Shown here piece after piece: positions 9,870-18,444 of a stretch of DNA of 64,000 bases. A model generated the notes under the pieces. That model searched no databases, was not told where the DNA came from, and saw only the letters and a program-made list of their open reading frames with translations. The stretch lies in the IMG/VR virus record IMGVR_UViG_3300020042_009962; one strand, 5' to 3'. The first letter of the stretch is position 1. Each line of letters starts with the position of its first letter. This stretch comes from an uncultured virus (IMG/VR IMGVR_UViG_3300020042_009962) (taxonomy: Duplodnaviria > Heunggongvirae > Uroviricota > Caudoviricetes). The translations under genes were made by a program, and so were the position numbers.

Positions 9870-11041
9870 TATCATTTATAATACCAAGTTATAATAACTT
9901 ACGACATTTAAAAAATGTATACGCTTCAATACAGAAGCATGAACCTCAAGCAGAGATAGTTCTTCTTGACGACGGATCAACAGATGGAACCTGGGAATGG
10001 ATGCAGGAACGAAAACAATCTGCAAAAGGTAAAGTAATATTACATAGAAGCCAAAATAGAGTAGGACATACAATACTCTATGATGTAGGAGTAGATTTAG
10101 CAACTAATGATGTAGTTAGTATTCTCCATGCAGATATGATAGTGGGTCCTAACTATGTTAAAAATGCTACTAAACATTTAAAACAAGGAACAGTTGTATG
10201 TGCTACTAGAGTTGAACCACCACTACACCCTGTTGCTAAAGAAAAAATACTCCGTGATTTTGGGCAAGATTTTGACACACTAAATATTGAGGCTTTTGAA
10301 GATTTTGTATCAGCAGAGCAAATCACAAATAAAGATGTAACAACAAGAGGAATGTTTGCTCCTTGGTTTATTTACAAGAAAGATTTCCAAGCTATAGGAG
10401 GCCATGATCACTTATTTGCGCCATTTCCTAATGAAGACTCTGATATATTCCAAAGATGGATGTTAGCAGGGTACGAGATAGTGCAGAGCTGGGATGCATT
10501 GGTGTATCATTTGACTTGCAGGGGACATAGATGGACTGAGGTAGTAGGTCAAGATGATACGTTTTTTAAACAAGCAGCACATAGAGCTGCTAGAAACTAT
10601 TTACGTAAATGGGGTAGTTGGATTGCTAACGATGAATACCAATGTCCAATCATAAAACCTAAGTACAATATAGCATATGTGATCAAAAACTGTAACTTAA
10701 ACATACTGGAAGCATTAGAGCCTTGGTGTGATAGATTGTATCTTGAAGACAGTATGCAAGGGATTACAGACTCGTACTTACAAAACGAACAATCCAATAC
10801 TAAATTTGATTTAACAAAACGAGTACTTACGTTAGAGTATAATGATCCAATAGGAGAGAATGGTATAGTATTGGAGTTTGACGCAAAACAATTCACCCAA
10901 CAATCCTTCAGCATCATACAACAGCTACCTGAGATTATAAAACAAAGTGGGGAGGTAGGGCAATTTAAACTTGATATATTTAAGATAACAATCAACTCTC
11001 TTATAGAATACCAGGACGATCTAATAGTATGTAAAAATTAA
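9866..11041 (+). CDS. family-2 glycosyltransferase
   Basis: IIPSYNN, LLDDGSTDGT, LHADM, GGHD..F...EDSD. Confidence 0.9.
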   Translation: MISFIIPSYNNLRHLKNVYASIQKHEPQAEIVLLDDGSTDGTWEWMQERKQSAKGKVILHRSQNRVGHTILYDVGVDLATNDVVSILHADMIVGPNYVKNATKHLKQGTVVCATRVEPPLHPVAKEKILRDFGQDFDTLNIEAFEDFVSAEQITNKDVTTRGMFAPWFIYKKDFQAIGGHDHLFAPFPNEDSDIFQRWMLAGYEIVQSWDALVYHLTCRGHRWTEVVGQDDTFFKQAAHRAARNYLRKWGSWIANDEYQCPIIKPKYNIAYVIKNCNLNILEALEPWCDRLYLEDSMQGITDSYLQNEQSNTKFDLTKRVLTLEYNDPIGENGIVLEFDAKQFTQQSFSIIQQLPEIIKQSGEVGQFKLDIFKITINSLIEYQDDLIVCKN

Positions 11042-11042
11042 C

Positions 11043-11049
11043 TATTTAT
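11043..11049 (+). promoter_or_regulatory. putative late-promoter motif TATTTAT
   Basis: Same 7-mer sits in intergenic gaps just upstream of starts at 24178, 28254, 30907, 40372, 45153, 55813, 60685 and 62563. Confidence 0.5.
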
Positions 11050-11060
11050 AGTAAAAACAT

Positions 11061-11417
11061 ATGAGGTTAATAAACGAAATAAAAGAAATGCTGTCTGAAG
11101 TTACAAAGGTAAACTTCAAAGGAAATAAGTTTGTTCTTAAGATAGATGTTAACGAAGATCCAAATAAGAAAGGAATCAAAGTACAATTCCTTCCAACATC
11201 CTTCTCAGGAATGTCAAAGCAACAACAAGACGATATTGCAATGGACTTAGGTGCTAAACTAAACCAAGGACTATCTCCTCTAGGATTGACAGTAGAAAGA
11301 GACAGAGAGTTAAAAGATAAAACAATATTAGGATTTTTTATCTATATTGAGTATCTTGATAAGATCATCATTAACGCTTTATCACAAGCATCAAAAGAAC
11401 CAGACACTAACAACTAA
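11061..11417 (+). CDS. hypothetical protein, possible virion-internal (MRLINEIKEMLSE leader)
   Basis: ORF behind TATTTAT motif. Confidence 0.6.
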   Translation: MRLINEIKEMLSEVTKVNFKGNKFVLKIDVNEDPNKKGIKVQFLPTSFSGMSKQQQDDIAMDLGAKLNQGLSPLGLTVERDRELKDKTILGFFIYIEYLDKIIINALSQASKEPDTNN

Positions 11418-11427
11418 TTACAATAAA

Positions 11428-11640
11428 ATGGCAAAGTTTTGTTTTTATTCAAAAAATAACCCTACACAAGAACCAGTAGGAGTAATATACGCAGCAAGTA
11501 GAGAAGAGGCAATTAAATTTTTCTCATTATCAAAACAGTTATCGGTACCTGATTTTCTAACAATTTTTGAAGTAAAAAGCTATACACATGGTACACAAGA
11601 AGGAATTGCGGAAAATACTAAACAACTACTTAAAGGGTAG
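11428..11640 (+). CDS. hypothetical protein
   Basis: ATG 11428 (MAKFCFY) follows the upstream stop; track start 11347 overlaps the previous gene. Confidence 0.55.
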   Translation: MAKFCFYSKNNPTQEPVGVIYAASREEAIKFFSLSKQLSVPDFLTIFEVKSYTHGTQEGIAENTKQLLKG

Positions 11641-11986
11641 TGTTAGTATAAGAGAAAAAGATATAGCTAGAGATATAATGGATAAGAAACTTTTTATCGA
11701 AAGCATAATTCTTCTGAGAGAAATAGAGGATCGAAGAGACTTTATGGAAGAGGAGATAGGAATGGATATGTCTATGTATGAGGAAAAGTTCTTACAGATA
11801 ATAGAAAATCTATTTAAACTTCACTTCAACAAAGAGCAATTTACTTTAATTCAGTACTACTTATACAAAGTTCCAACAATAGAGGATTGGGATGGAATGA
11901 TTGATCTCTCAGATGGAAAAGAAATGATCACAGTTAAATTTGAAACCCCTGAACAAGTTTGGACTGTAATTAATAGTTTAAAATAA
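11588..11986 (+). CDS. hypothetical protein
   Basis: ORF, operonic. Confidence 0.6.
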   Translation: MVHKKELRKILNNYLKGSVSIREKDIARDIMDKKLFIESIILLREIEDRRDFMEEEIGMDMSMYEEKFLQIIENLFKLHFNKEQFTLIQYYLYKVPTIEDWDGMIDLSDGKEMITVKFETPEQVWTVINSLK

Positions 11987-11997
11987 TTAAAAAAAAA

Positions 11998-12034
11998 GTT
12001 GCATACTACGAATGTTGTTTGTATCTTTACGTAT
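11998..12034 (+). promoter_or_regulatory. Bacteroidota-type promoter
   Basis: GTTG-N20-TATCTTTACGTAT. Confidence 0.7.
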
Positions 12035-12054
12035 AATTAATAAACAAAACGGTT

Positions 12055-12462
12055 ATGAGCTTAGAAAAAATTAAATGTTCAAGATGTCCTGGTGAAATGC
12101 CTAAATTAAGATTAGATCAATACGGATATGATTTCTGTGTAAATTGTTCTGATGTTAAACCAAAGGTAGGACGTATTAGAGTAATAGGAGAAGGAGATTA
12201 CACTGTCACAGAAATGGACATACTAGACCAAGACACTGCAAGAAGACTCCAGGAGTTGGAAAATACTTCAAGAGGAGTTAGAAATGTTCCTTTAGAGATC
12301 TTAAACTTTGATGAGGACGAATTAGCAGACGATAGTAGAGCAATCTCAGAAGCTACAGATAAGATATTGGAAGGAGAGTTGGAAGTCTTAGATGATGAAC
12401 AAGACTTAGAAGATCTAGAAGATGTTGAAGATGTAGAACTTGAAGACGAAGACGACGAATAG
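12055..12462 (+). CDS. C4 zinc-finger protein (DksA/TraR-like finger) with acidic tail
   Basis: CSRC-PGEMPKLRL-...-CVNC; D/E-rich C-terminus. Confidence 0.55.
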   Translation: MSLEKIKCSRCPGEMPKLRLDQYGYDFCVNCSDVKPKVGRIRVIGEGDYTVTEMDILDQDTARRLQELENTSRGVRNVPLEILNFDEDELADDSRAISEATDKILEGELEVLDDEQDLEDLEDVEDVELEDEDDE

Positions 12463-13125
12463 ATGCCACCAAGTAAATTTTTATCTAAAGAAGATATTTT
12501 AAGAGCCATGCAGAACACCAAGAGTAATCATGGTGCTGCAAGGTTTCTTAGATGTTCATTGAACCATTACAAAAAGTTTGCAAAAGTTTACATAGATGAG
12601 GCAACAGGACTGTCCCTAAATGACCTACACAAAAATCCTTCAGGCAAAGGTATTCCAAAGTTCCTATCCAATAAAGGAAAGAAAGCTCCACTAAAAGAAT
12701 TAATAGCAGGTACTCTTTCAATAGAGAGTTTCGAACCAGCTAAGATCAAACAGAGATTAGTATTTGAAGGATACCTAAAAGAGGAATGTAGTAGATGTGG
12801 CTTCCATGAAGCACGAGTAGCAGACCAAAAAATTCCATTGATATTACAATTCAAGGATCGAAACAAAAAAAACTATGAGCTAGAAAATATCGAGCTTATG
12901 TGTTACAATTGTTCATACCTATATGCAATCTCTCCAATATCAGAAAAGCAAGTAATCAAGATGGAAGATTATATAGAGAAGCAAGGATCTGAAATAGAAT
13001 GGGAAGTGGATGACTCAATGAAAGAACACTTGCAGTCATTAGGTTTGTGGAAAGAGGAGTTCGATCCTACAGATGGAAACAACTACATCTCAGAAAACTA
13101 CAAACGAAATGAAGAACAGGACTAA
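12463..13125 (+). CDS. HNH-like/zinc-binding protein
   Basis: ECSRCG...IPLIL...NKKNYELENIELMCYNC resembles a degenerate HNH motif. Confidence 0.55.
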   Translation: MPPSKFLSKEDILRAMQNTKSNHGAARFLRCSLNHYKKFAKVYIDEATGLSLNDLHKNPSGKGIPKFLSNKGKKAPLKELIAGTLSIESFEPAKIKQRLVFEGYLKEECSRCGFHEARVADQKIPLILQFKDRNKKNYELENIELMCYNCSYLYAISPISEKQVIKMEDYIEKQGSEIEWEVDDSMKEHLQSLGLWKEEFDPTDGNNYISENYKRNEEQD

Positions 13126-13237
13126 ACCTACAAGAGAAAGAAGAGTTGCCAATCAACTTGTCAAACAATCTGAGCAGAATGAAAAGCTCAGAGAGAAAAC
13201 AATCTCTAATAATTTCTGGAAATTTTTTAAAAAATAG
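13109..13237 (+). CDS. small basic hypothetical protein (42 aa)
   Basis: MKNRTKPTRERRVANQLVKQSEQNEKLREKTISNNFWKFFKK*, below the track cutoff. Confidence 0.45.
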   Translation: MKNRTKPTRERRVANQLVKQSEQNEKLREKTISNNFWKFFKK

Positions 13238-13273
13238 TTGCTAGACTGGATCTTTCTGAGTATCTTTAGGTAT
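13237..13273 (+). promoter_or_regulatory. Bacteroidota-type promoter
   Basis: GTTG-N20-TATCTTTAGGTAT. Confidence 0.75.
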
Positions 13274-13285
13274 ACAAAAAAAGTT

Positions 13286-13615
13286 ATGGCAGAGAAGACA
13301 GGCAATACAGCAAAACTCGTTTATGATTTCAATACAGCAGCAGTATGCGAAGTATGCATCAAAGGTAATTGGTATCGTACAACACCTAGAGAGTTTAGAT
13401 CTTTTGATGGTGAGAGGAGATTGACTGAACCAATCAAACAACCAGGACTAGGGGATGACTTTGCAGACATAGAGTTTCACACATATTCCTATAACGGTCC
13501 AGTATACATCGTACAGTCAAATGTACAAGTAATTAGAATGAATACAAATACAATCGTTACAAATCCCTACATTGAAGTAAATCAAAAATCATTAACAAAT
13601 AGCAATCGTACATGA
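13286..13615 (+). CDS. hypothetical protein
   Basis: ATG 13286 downstream of the promoter; track TTG start lies inside the promoter. Confidence 0.65.
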   Translation: MAEKTGNTAKLVYDFNTAAVCEVCIKGNWYRTTPREFRSFDGERRLTEPIKQPGLGDDFADIEFHTYSYNGPVYIVQSNVQVIRMNTNTIVTNPYIEVNQKSLTNSNRT

Positions 13616-13908
13616 GAAAATTACAAGTAGAATCTCTAGAACAATTAGAACGTATCTTTAGAGAAAAATCAGTCGATATGACTAATAATATCCGAGAAGG
13701 TATTGAAGAGGCTATGTCGAAAAACAAGAAGACAGCTAACCTATTCCAAATAGAGATGGATGGAATAGATACTTCTTTTGAAATCTCTCTCACATCTAAG
13801 GAATGGATAATAGCTCTAGAGAATTGTCTAAAACATTACGGAGAGTGGGAGATGGGGGATGAAGCAATTGATACTTATTTATTAATTAAACAATTAAAAC
13901 AAAAATAG
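13612..13908 (+). CDS. hypothetical protein
   Basis: ORF overlapping upstream stop (ATGA). Confidence 0.6.
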   Translation: MRKLQVESLEQLERIFREKSVDMTNNIREGIEEAMSKNKKTANLFQIEMDGIDTSFEISLTSKEWIIALENCLKHYGEWEMGDEAIDTYLLIKQLKQK

Positions 13909-13910
13909 TT

Positions 13911-14159
13911 ATGGAAAAATTAGTCAGTGTATTCAAATGTGACTCTACAGGAATTACAACAACATATACATATAGAGGCAAGAGTATCGTATCAGGTATT
14001 GAAAAAGCTGAGTTTGATTATCCTAAAGGATACTTAGAGCAGTTTGCTAAGGAACAAAAGAGAGCAGAGAACCTACCTAAGACTAGAAGATTGTACTTTA
14101 ATCCTGCAACAGGGAACGAGGTATCCTATGCTAGAGCAAAAGCTTTAAAAATAATTTAA
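13911..14159 (+). CDS. hypothetical protein
   Basis: ORF, operonic. Confidence 0.6.
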   Translation: MEKLVSVFKCDSTGITTTYTYRGKSIVSGIEKAEFDYPKGYLEQFAKEQKRAENLPKTRRLYFNPATGNEVSYARAKALKII

Positions 14160-14176
14160 AAATAATTGATAAAAAA

Positions 14177-14213
14177 GTTGCAACAATGGAACTTTATCAG
14201 TATCTTTAGGTAT
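14177..14213 (+). promoter_or_regulatory. Bacteroidota-type promoter
   Basis: GTTG-N20-TATCTTTAGGTAT. Confidence 0.75.
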
Positions 14214-14237
14214 ATAAATCAATAAAAACAATTAGTT

Positions 14238-15068
14238 ATGTTAAACACTTACAACACAGGTCTAGATTCTTACCTTTCAAAAGATCAAATCAGAGAGATC
14301 GCACCAGTAGTATTTGCTACGGAACCTACCAACAAGAATGTGAGCGATAAGTATCTTCATGTTAATACTGAAACAGTTATCGATGACTTAGAAAAGTTAG
14401 GATGGCTTCCAGTGAGTGCAGCTCAGAGAAGAACTAAACCAAGAAAGGATGGATCTCCTACTATCAGATCTAAACACATAGTATCATTTCAGAATCCTGA
14501 TCTTATGATTAAAGGTAAGAATGGTGATGATGCTTTCCCTAGAATCATTGTAACAAACTCTCACGATGGATTAAGTTCATTCCAGTTTAGAGTTGGAATC
14601 TACAGATTAGTTTGCTCTAATGGATTAGTAGTTGCTGATGAAGAATTCTCAGCATTCAGTATCAAACATAAAGGATATACTTTTGAGGAATTACAAACAG
14701 TAGTAGCTTCTGCAGTTGCGGATCTTCCAAATAAGGTTGAGGTTCTAAACAAAATGCAAGTTAGAATGCTTACTCCAGCTGAACAAAGACAATTAGCAAT
14801 CGATGCTATGGCTTTGAGAAGTTCAAATCCTGATGCTAAGTTTGATGAAGCTTCAATCGAAGAAATACTAACTGCTACTAGAAAAGAGGATGAAGGAGAC
14901 AGCTTATGGTTAGTATTCAATAGAGTGCAAGAAGCTATTATTAACGGAGGATACTCAGCAGCCTTGAGAGGATCTAAAGTAAGAAAGGTTAAGAAGATCA
15001 AATCATTCGAGAAGGATCTAGAAGTCAATCAGAAGCTTTTTAAATTAGCAACAGCATTTGTTAACTAA
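14238..15068 (+). CDS. DUF932/DUF945-family protein
   Basis: SDKY..V.TE.VI..L...GW, NSHDGLSSFQF..GIYRLVCSNGLV, R.ED...LW.VFNRVQE. Confidence 0.85.
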   Translation: MLNTYNTGLDSYLSKDQIREIAPVVFATEPTNKNVSDKYLHVNTETVIDDLEKLGWLPVSAAQRRTKPRKDGSPTIRSKHIVSFQNPDLMIKGKNGDDAFPRIIVTNSHDGLSSFQFRVGIYRLVCSNGLVVADEEFSAFSIKHKGYTFEELQTVVASAVADLPNKVEVLNKMQVRMLTPAEQRQLAIDAMALRSSNPDAKFDEASIEEILTATRKEDEGDSLWLVFNRVQEAIINGGYSAALRGSKVRKVKKIKSFEKDLEVNQKLFKLATAFVN

Positions 15069-15307
15069 TGGATAGAGAAAGATATCTACAAATGAGAAGG
15101 ACCGGCCAATATGATCTTGGCTGGTTCTATCAATACTTCTTAGAGAATAAGGATAAGAATAGAATGACTCCTCCCTTTGAAGCTTTTCACCAAGCCTTCA
15201 ATATGTACTTCCAAATGAACGGAGGAGTAATATTAGAGACTTTGGACAAGAAAATGGAAGTAACAAAAATAGAGAACGCAGAAGGAAATTTAATTTATAT
15301 AAACTAA
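15068..15307 (+). CDS. hypothetical protein
   Basis: ORF, TAATG coupling. Confidence 0.6.
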   Translation: MDRERYLQMRRTGQYDLGWFYQYFLENKDKNRMTPPFEAFHQAFNMYFQMNGGVILETLDKKMEVTKIENAEGNLIYIN

Positions 15308-15309
15308 AC

Positions 15310-15549
15310 ATGGACGGAAAAGTAAAAACACCAAAAGAATTGATGGCAGACTTGAATGGAAATTATATCCAAGTAATCAAGAAGAACGGAAAGACTCACG
15401 ATAAACTATATAAAGATCCTCAGAGAGCAATCAGAGGAGTAGGAGGAGTAGAGTATGTAAAGTACTTGCGAGAGGTTCTTAAGGAGCAGGTAAATGCCAA
15501 GTACGTAGAAGAAGATTCATTAACAGGAACACCAGAGAACGAATTATAG
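15310..15549 (+). CDS. hypothetical protein
   Basis: ORF, operonic. Confidence 0.55.
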   Translation: MDGKVKTPKELMADLNGNYIQVIKKNGKTHDKLYKDPQRAIRGVGGVEYVKYLREVLKEQVNAKYVEEDSLTGTPENEL

Positions 15550-15550
15550 T

Positions 15551-15751
15551 ATGGAAAAATTAGGAGCACTTTTATTAGCAATAGGAATAGTACTAGTAAC
15601 AGCAGTAGTACTAGCATGGCCAACACAATGGCTTTGGAACAATGCTCTAGTAGGAGCAATAGATGGAGTAAAGGAAATAGGCTTTTGGCAAGCATTAGGA
15701 ATAAACATTTTATGCAATCTTTTATTTAAAGGACATTCAGCAAGTAAATAA
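15551..15751 (+). CDS. small membrane protein
   Basis: Two hydrophobic segments; WLWN...IGFWQALG motif. Confidence 0.65.
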   Translation: MEKLGALLLAIGIVLVTAVVLAWPTQWLWNNALVGAIDGVKEIGFWQALGINILCNLLFKGHSASK

Positions 15752-15756
15752 TTACC

Positions 15757-15799
15757 AAAAGAGTTGCTTCGGTAACTCTTTTTCAGTATCTTTAGGTAT
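15757..15799 (+). promoter_or_regulatory. promoter with embedded TTCG hairpin
   Basis: GTTG(15763)-N20-TATCTTTAGGTAT; AAAAGAGTTGC-TTCG-GTAACTCTTTT hairpin. Confidence 0.75.
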
Positions 15800-15818
15800 A
15801 GAAATTAAAACAAAGGCT

Positions 15819-15917
15819 ATGACAGAAGAACAATTACAATTATTACTTGACGAGGAGGACACTTACACTAATGAGTGGAGAGAAAGTTTAACACAAGAAC
15901 AAATAGATTCAATATGA
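15819..15917 (+). CDS. small acidic protein (32 aa)
   Basis: MTEEQLQLLLDEEDTYTNEWRESLTQEQIDSI*, directly behind promoter. Confidence 0.45.
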   Translation: MTEEQLQLLLDEEDTYTNEWRESLTQEQIDSI

Positions 15918-16024
15918 TACACGCAATAGTAGGAACAATAGCAGGAGGATTAGTCTTCGGAGGATTAGTAGTAGGTTTCATGTTAATTGTTGAGACCGTA
16001 ACAAAAACAAGGCGAGGGCGCTAA
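15914..16024 (+). CDS. small single-TM protein (36 aa)
   Basis: MIHAIVGTIAGGLVFGGLVVGFMLIVETVTKTRRGR*. Confidence 0.45.
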   Translation: MIHAIVGTIAGGLVFGGLVVGFMLIVETVTKTRRGR

Positions 16025-16068
16025 CTCAAGCTGTGACGCGCAAATTTTAACAATCTAACAAACATTAC

Positions 16069-16629
16069 ATGGATAATTCAAACTTTAAACCCAACTTAAC
16101 TCCAAGTCAAATGCTAAAAAAAGGCATCTTTGGAGGATCTTATTTCGGAATACAAAAGCTACAAGGTGATATGTACTATGATGAATTGTTTGAATCCTTT
16201 GTAGATGTCGACAAAAGTTTGTACATGGGAGACAAGTACCAGCCAAAAAGTAATAAGTTTAAAATAAGAAGTGGTAAGGATTACCAATTTTGGAAGGATA
16301 TGAATTGGATGCATGAGGATGATCCGTACGGATGGTTTGAATGGTATTGTAAATACTACATGGGTAGAAGACACTCAGATGATCAAAGACAGATACAAAG
16401 ATGGTTAGACTTTTGCGGACCTAAAGGAAGATGGAGACAAAGGATCTACGGAATGATTGATAGTACAGGTAATTGGGATGTAAGTCCTAGAATTCAACAA
16501 AGCCTTCTTCATTGGGGATATGAGGTCAATGAAAATGATTACTATGCTTGGACGGAACGAAAACAATACTCAGAGGATCAGTGGTGTCATTATGGAGGTC
16601 TTCCTTCACCTAAGGCATACCAATATTAA
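16069..16629 (+). CDS. conserved viral hypothetical protein
   Basis: FKPNLTP.QML..GIFGG.Y...DPYGWFEWYC.YY.GRR..DD.RQI.RW...RQ.LLHW pattern. Confidence 0.7.
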   Translation: MDNSNFKPNLTPSQMLKKGIFGGSYFGIQKLQGDMYYDELFESFVDVDKSLYMGDKYQPKSNKFKIRSGKDYQFWKDMNWMHEDDPYGWFEWYCKYYMGRRHSDDQRQIQRWLDFCGPKGRWRQRIYGMIDSTGNWDVSPRIQQSLLHWGYEVNENDYYAWTERKQYSEDQWCHYGGLPSPKAYQY

Positions 16630-16640
16630 ACCAAACATAT

Positions 16641-16826
16641 ATGAAGATAGTATTGTACAGTAAGAGGTATAAGGGAATGAAACAAACATTCAACTCTAGA
16701 AAAGGAAGTGGAACTACAATTGAGGGAATAGCCGTACAGGAAGTACCGCAACTAAATGTAGTAATTCTCAGAGATAGGGAGAACTTCTCCCATGCAGTAA
16801 GCATCAATTCAATTAAAGAAATATGA
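16641..16826 (+). CDS. hypothetical protein
   Basis: ORF, operonic. Confidence 0.5.
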   Translation: MKIVLYSKRYKGMKQTFNSRKGSGTTIEGIAVQEVPQLNVVILRDRENFSHAVSINSIKEI

Positions 16827-17200
16827 AAATAGCAGTTATAGCACACGATGGTAAGAAAGCAGATATGGTAGCTTTCATAATGAAAAGACTAGAGTTCTTT
16901 AGTAGGGTTGAAATAATTGCTACAGGTACTACAGGAAAGCATATTGAACATGCAGGACTAAAGGTACAGTGTTTGAAGTCAGGACCATTGGGAGGTGATG
17001 CTCAAATTGCTTCTTTGATAGCAGATGGACAGGTTGATGGAGTTATATTCTTTATTGATCCTTTAGATGTTCTACCACACCAGGTAGATGTAAACATGTT
17101 ACTTAGAATTTGTAATGTATATAACATTCCATTAGCAACCAATTACAAGACAGCAATCTATGTTATAAATGGATTAGAAACAAAATTAAATAAGAGATGA
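16823..17200 (+). CDS. mgsA: methylglyoxal synthase
   Basis: IAHDGKK, ATGTTG, SGPLGGDAQI, FFIDPL..PH.VDV..LLR.C.V.NIPLATN. Confidence 0.93.
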   Translation: MKIAVIAHDGKKADMVAFIMKRLEFFSRVEIIATGTTGKHIEHAGLKVQCLKSGPLGGDAQIASLIADGQVDGVIFFIDPLDVLPHQVDVNMLLRICNVYNIPLATNYKTAIYVINGLETKLNKR

Positions 17201-17430
17201 CCGTAAAACAACTAATTGAAAGCCTAAGTAAGGTAGAAGACCAAGACATAAGAGTAATGGTAAGAGGATATGAAAGAGGAGTAAAAGATATAGATAATAA
17301 TACTCCAGCAATCATACACGTAGCGTTAGATGTAAATGAAGAATGGTACTATGGAAGACATGAAAGAGTAGATGATATAGATCCAAGTACTAATAAACAA
17401 TACCAAATAGTAAAGGCAATTATCCTATAG
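17197..17430 (+). CDS. hypothetical phage protein (MTVKQLIE.L type)
   Basis: ORF, ATGA overlap. Confidence 0.6.
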   Translation: MTVKQLIESLSKVEDQDIRVMVRGYERGVKDIDNNTPAIIHVALDVNEEWYYGRHERVDDIDPSTNKQYQIVKAIIL

Positions 17431-17432
17431 GG

Positions 17433-17528
17433 AAAACCACTTGGCTAACCGTTTGGAAAACCGTCTACAAAACCGTTTCGCTAACCGTTTACATAACCGA
17501 TTAGTCAACCGATCCGATAACAGATAAT
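17433..17528. repeat. 12-bp tandem array, 8 units, core AACCG(T/A)
   Basis: aaaaccacttgg ctaaccgtttgg aaaaccgtctac aaaaccgtttcg ctaaccgtttac ataaccgattag tcaaccgatccg ataacagataat. Confidence 0.9.
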
Positions 17529-17774
17529 AACGGAGTAGATACGCGGATAATTGCTGAGAAACATATGTGAATACGTGAGGAGATCTGACAATGGAACGTT
17601 TGTCAAACCGATTGCAAGTATATAAAGTACATAGTACTAGGTAATACATAATACTATATGACATAAGGTAATGCGTATAAAACATAGGAAGATGGGTAAA
17701 ATAAAATTAGTAATTAATTGTCCTGTGTCTTCCTCTCAAAACAAATTTGTATATAGAACCTGTTTTCCTCCCTT

Positions 17775-17923
17775 AGAACCGTTTAAAAACACCTAGAAAA
17801 CCGATTGGCAAACCGATCACAGAACCGATTGGGTAACCGTTTGGCAAACCGACTAGCAAACCGTTTGGGGAACCGATCCGTAAACCGATTTGGCTAACCG
17901 ATTCGCAATAGAAAACCGTTTTG
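17775..17923. repeat. 12-bp tandem array, about 11 units, core AACCG(T/A)
   Basis: aaaaccgattgg caaaccgatcac agaaccgattgg gtaaccgtttgg caaaccgactag caaaccgtttgg ggaaccgatccg taaaccgatttgg ctaaccgattcg plus flanking copies. Confidence 0.9.
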
Positions 17924-17988
17924 GTTACGAATCTGATAATGCACCCCTATAGCAAAACTCAAAAGTATTGCGAATAATGTAAAAAACT

Positions 17989-18022
17989 GTTGCCTCGTAT
18001 ATAAAAAAGGTGTATCTTTAGG
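17989..18022 (+). promoter_or_regulatory. Bacteroidota-type promoter
   Basis: GTTG-N20-TATCTTTAGG. Confidence 0.7.
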
Positions 18023-18038
18023 GACTAAAGACAAACAT

Positions 18039-18254
18039 ATGACACGTACCCAGGATCTAAACACAGTAATAGGAAAAGATTGTTCATGTAATCAGTCTCC
18101 TACCCTTAGGGCTAAATTAATCTCAGTAGGCAAACACAAAAGCCTTCTGGAGGTAACCGCAACTATGTATAGTAGAGCGCAATGGAATAATATCTACGTA
18201 GGGAAAAAGTTTACCCTGGACACCTCTACCGTTCACAACATGTATTTTTTCTAG
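18039..18254 (+). CDS. hypothetical protein
   Basis: ORF behind promoter. Confidence 0.55.
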   Translation: MTRTQDLNTVIGKDCSCNQSPTLRAKLISVGKHKSLLEVTATMYSRAQWNNIYVGKKFTLDTSTVHNMYFF

Positions 18255-18258
18255 CCCT

Positions 18259-18381
18259 ATGAAAACAATTACCGTAACAATTCAAGAGAGGTGGGCTGCT
18301 TCCCAGCACAAAATCCACAAAAGCAAAAAAACCTACGATAGGAAAAATTTACCTAAAGTAAAGCTTTCAGTTAAATCATAG
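18259..18381 (+). CDS. small basic protein (40 aa)
   Basis: MKTITVTIQERWAASQHKIHKSKKTYDRKNLPKVKLSVKS*. Confidence 0.45.
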   Translation: MKTITVTIQERWAASQHKIHKSKKTYDRKNLPKVKLSVKS

Positions 18382-18444
18382 CTTTCAGTTAAAGTGTTGA
18401 TGGAAGTGAAAGTAAAGCTTTAAGTGAAAGTATTGCTTTAAGTG
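18355..18444. repeat. 18-bp tandem array, 5 units
   Basis: aaagtaaagctttcagtt aaatcatagctttcagtt aaagtgttgatggaagtg aaagtaaagctttaagtg aaagtattgctttaagtg. Confidence 0.85.

Noticed and set aside
16005..16050. GC-rich patch here and at 25524-25541 considered as tRNA or other RNA
   Set aside because: No cloverleaf, T-loop or convincing stem; too short to support a call. No tRNA was recognised anywhere in the window.
17425..17685. 86-aa minus-strand ORF over the first 12-bp array
   Set aside because: Its R-L/F periodicity follows simply from the repeat core CGGTT; no promoter or motif support, so not called as a gene.
17433..18444. CRISPR array interpretation of the 12-bp and 18-bp repeats
   Set aside because: Units are directly adjacent and degenerate, with no unique 25-45 bp spacers and no cas genes in the window.
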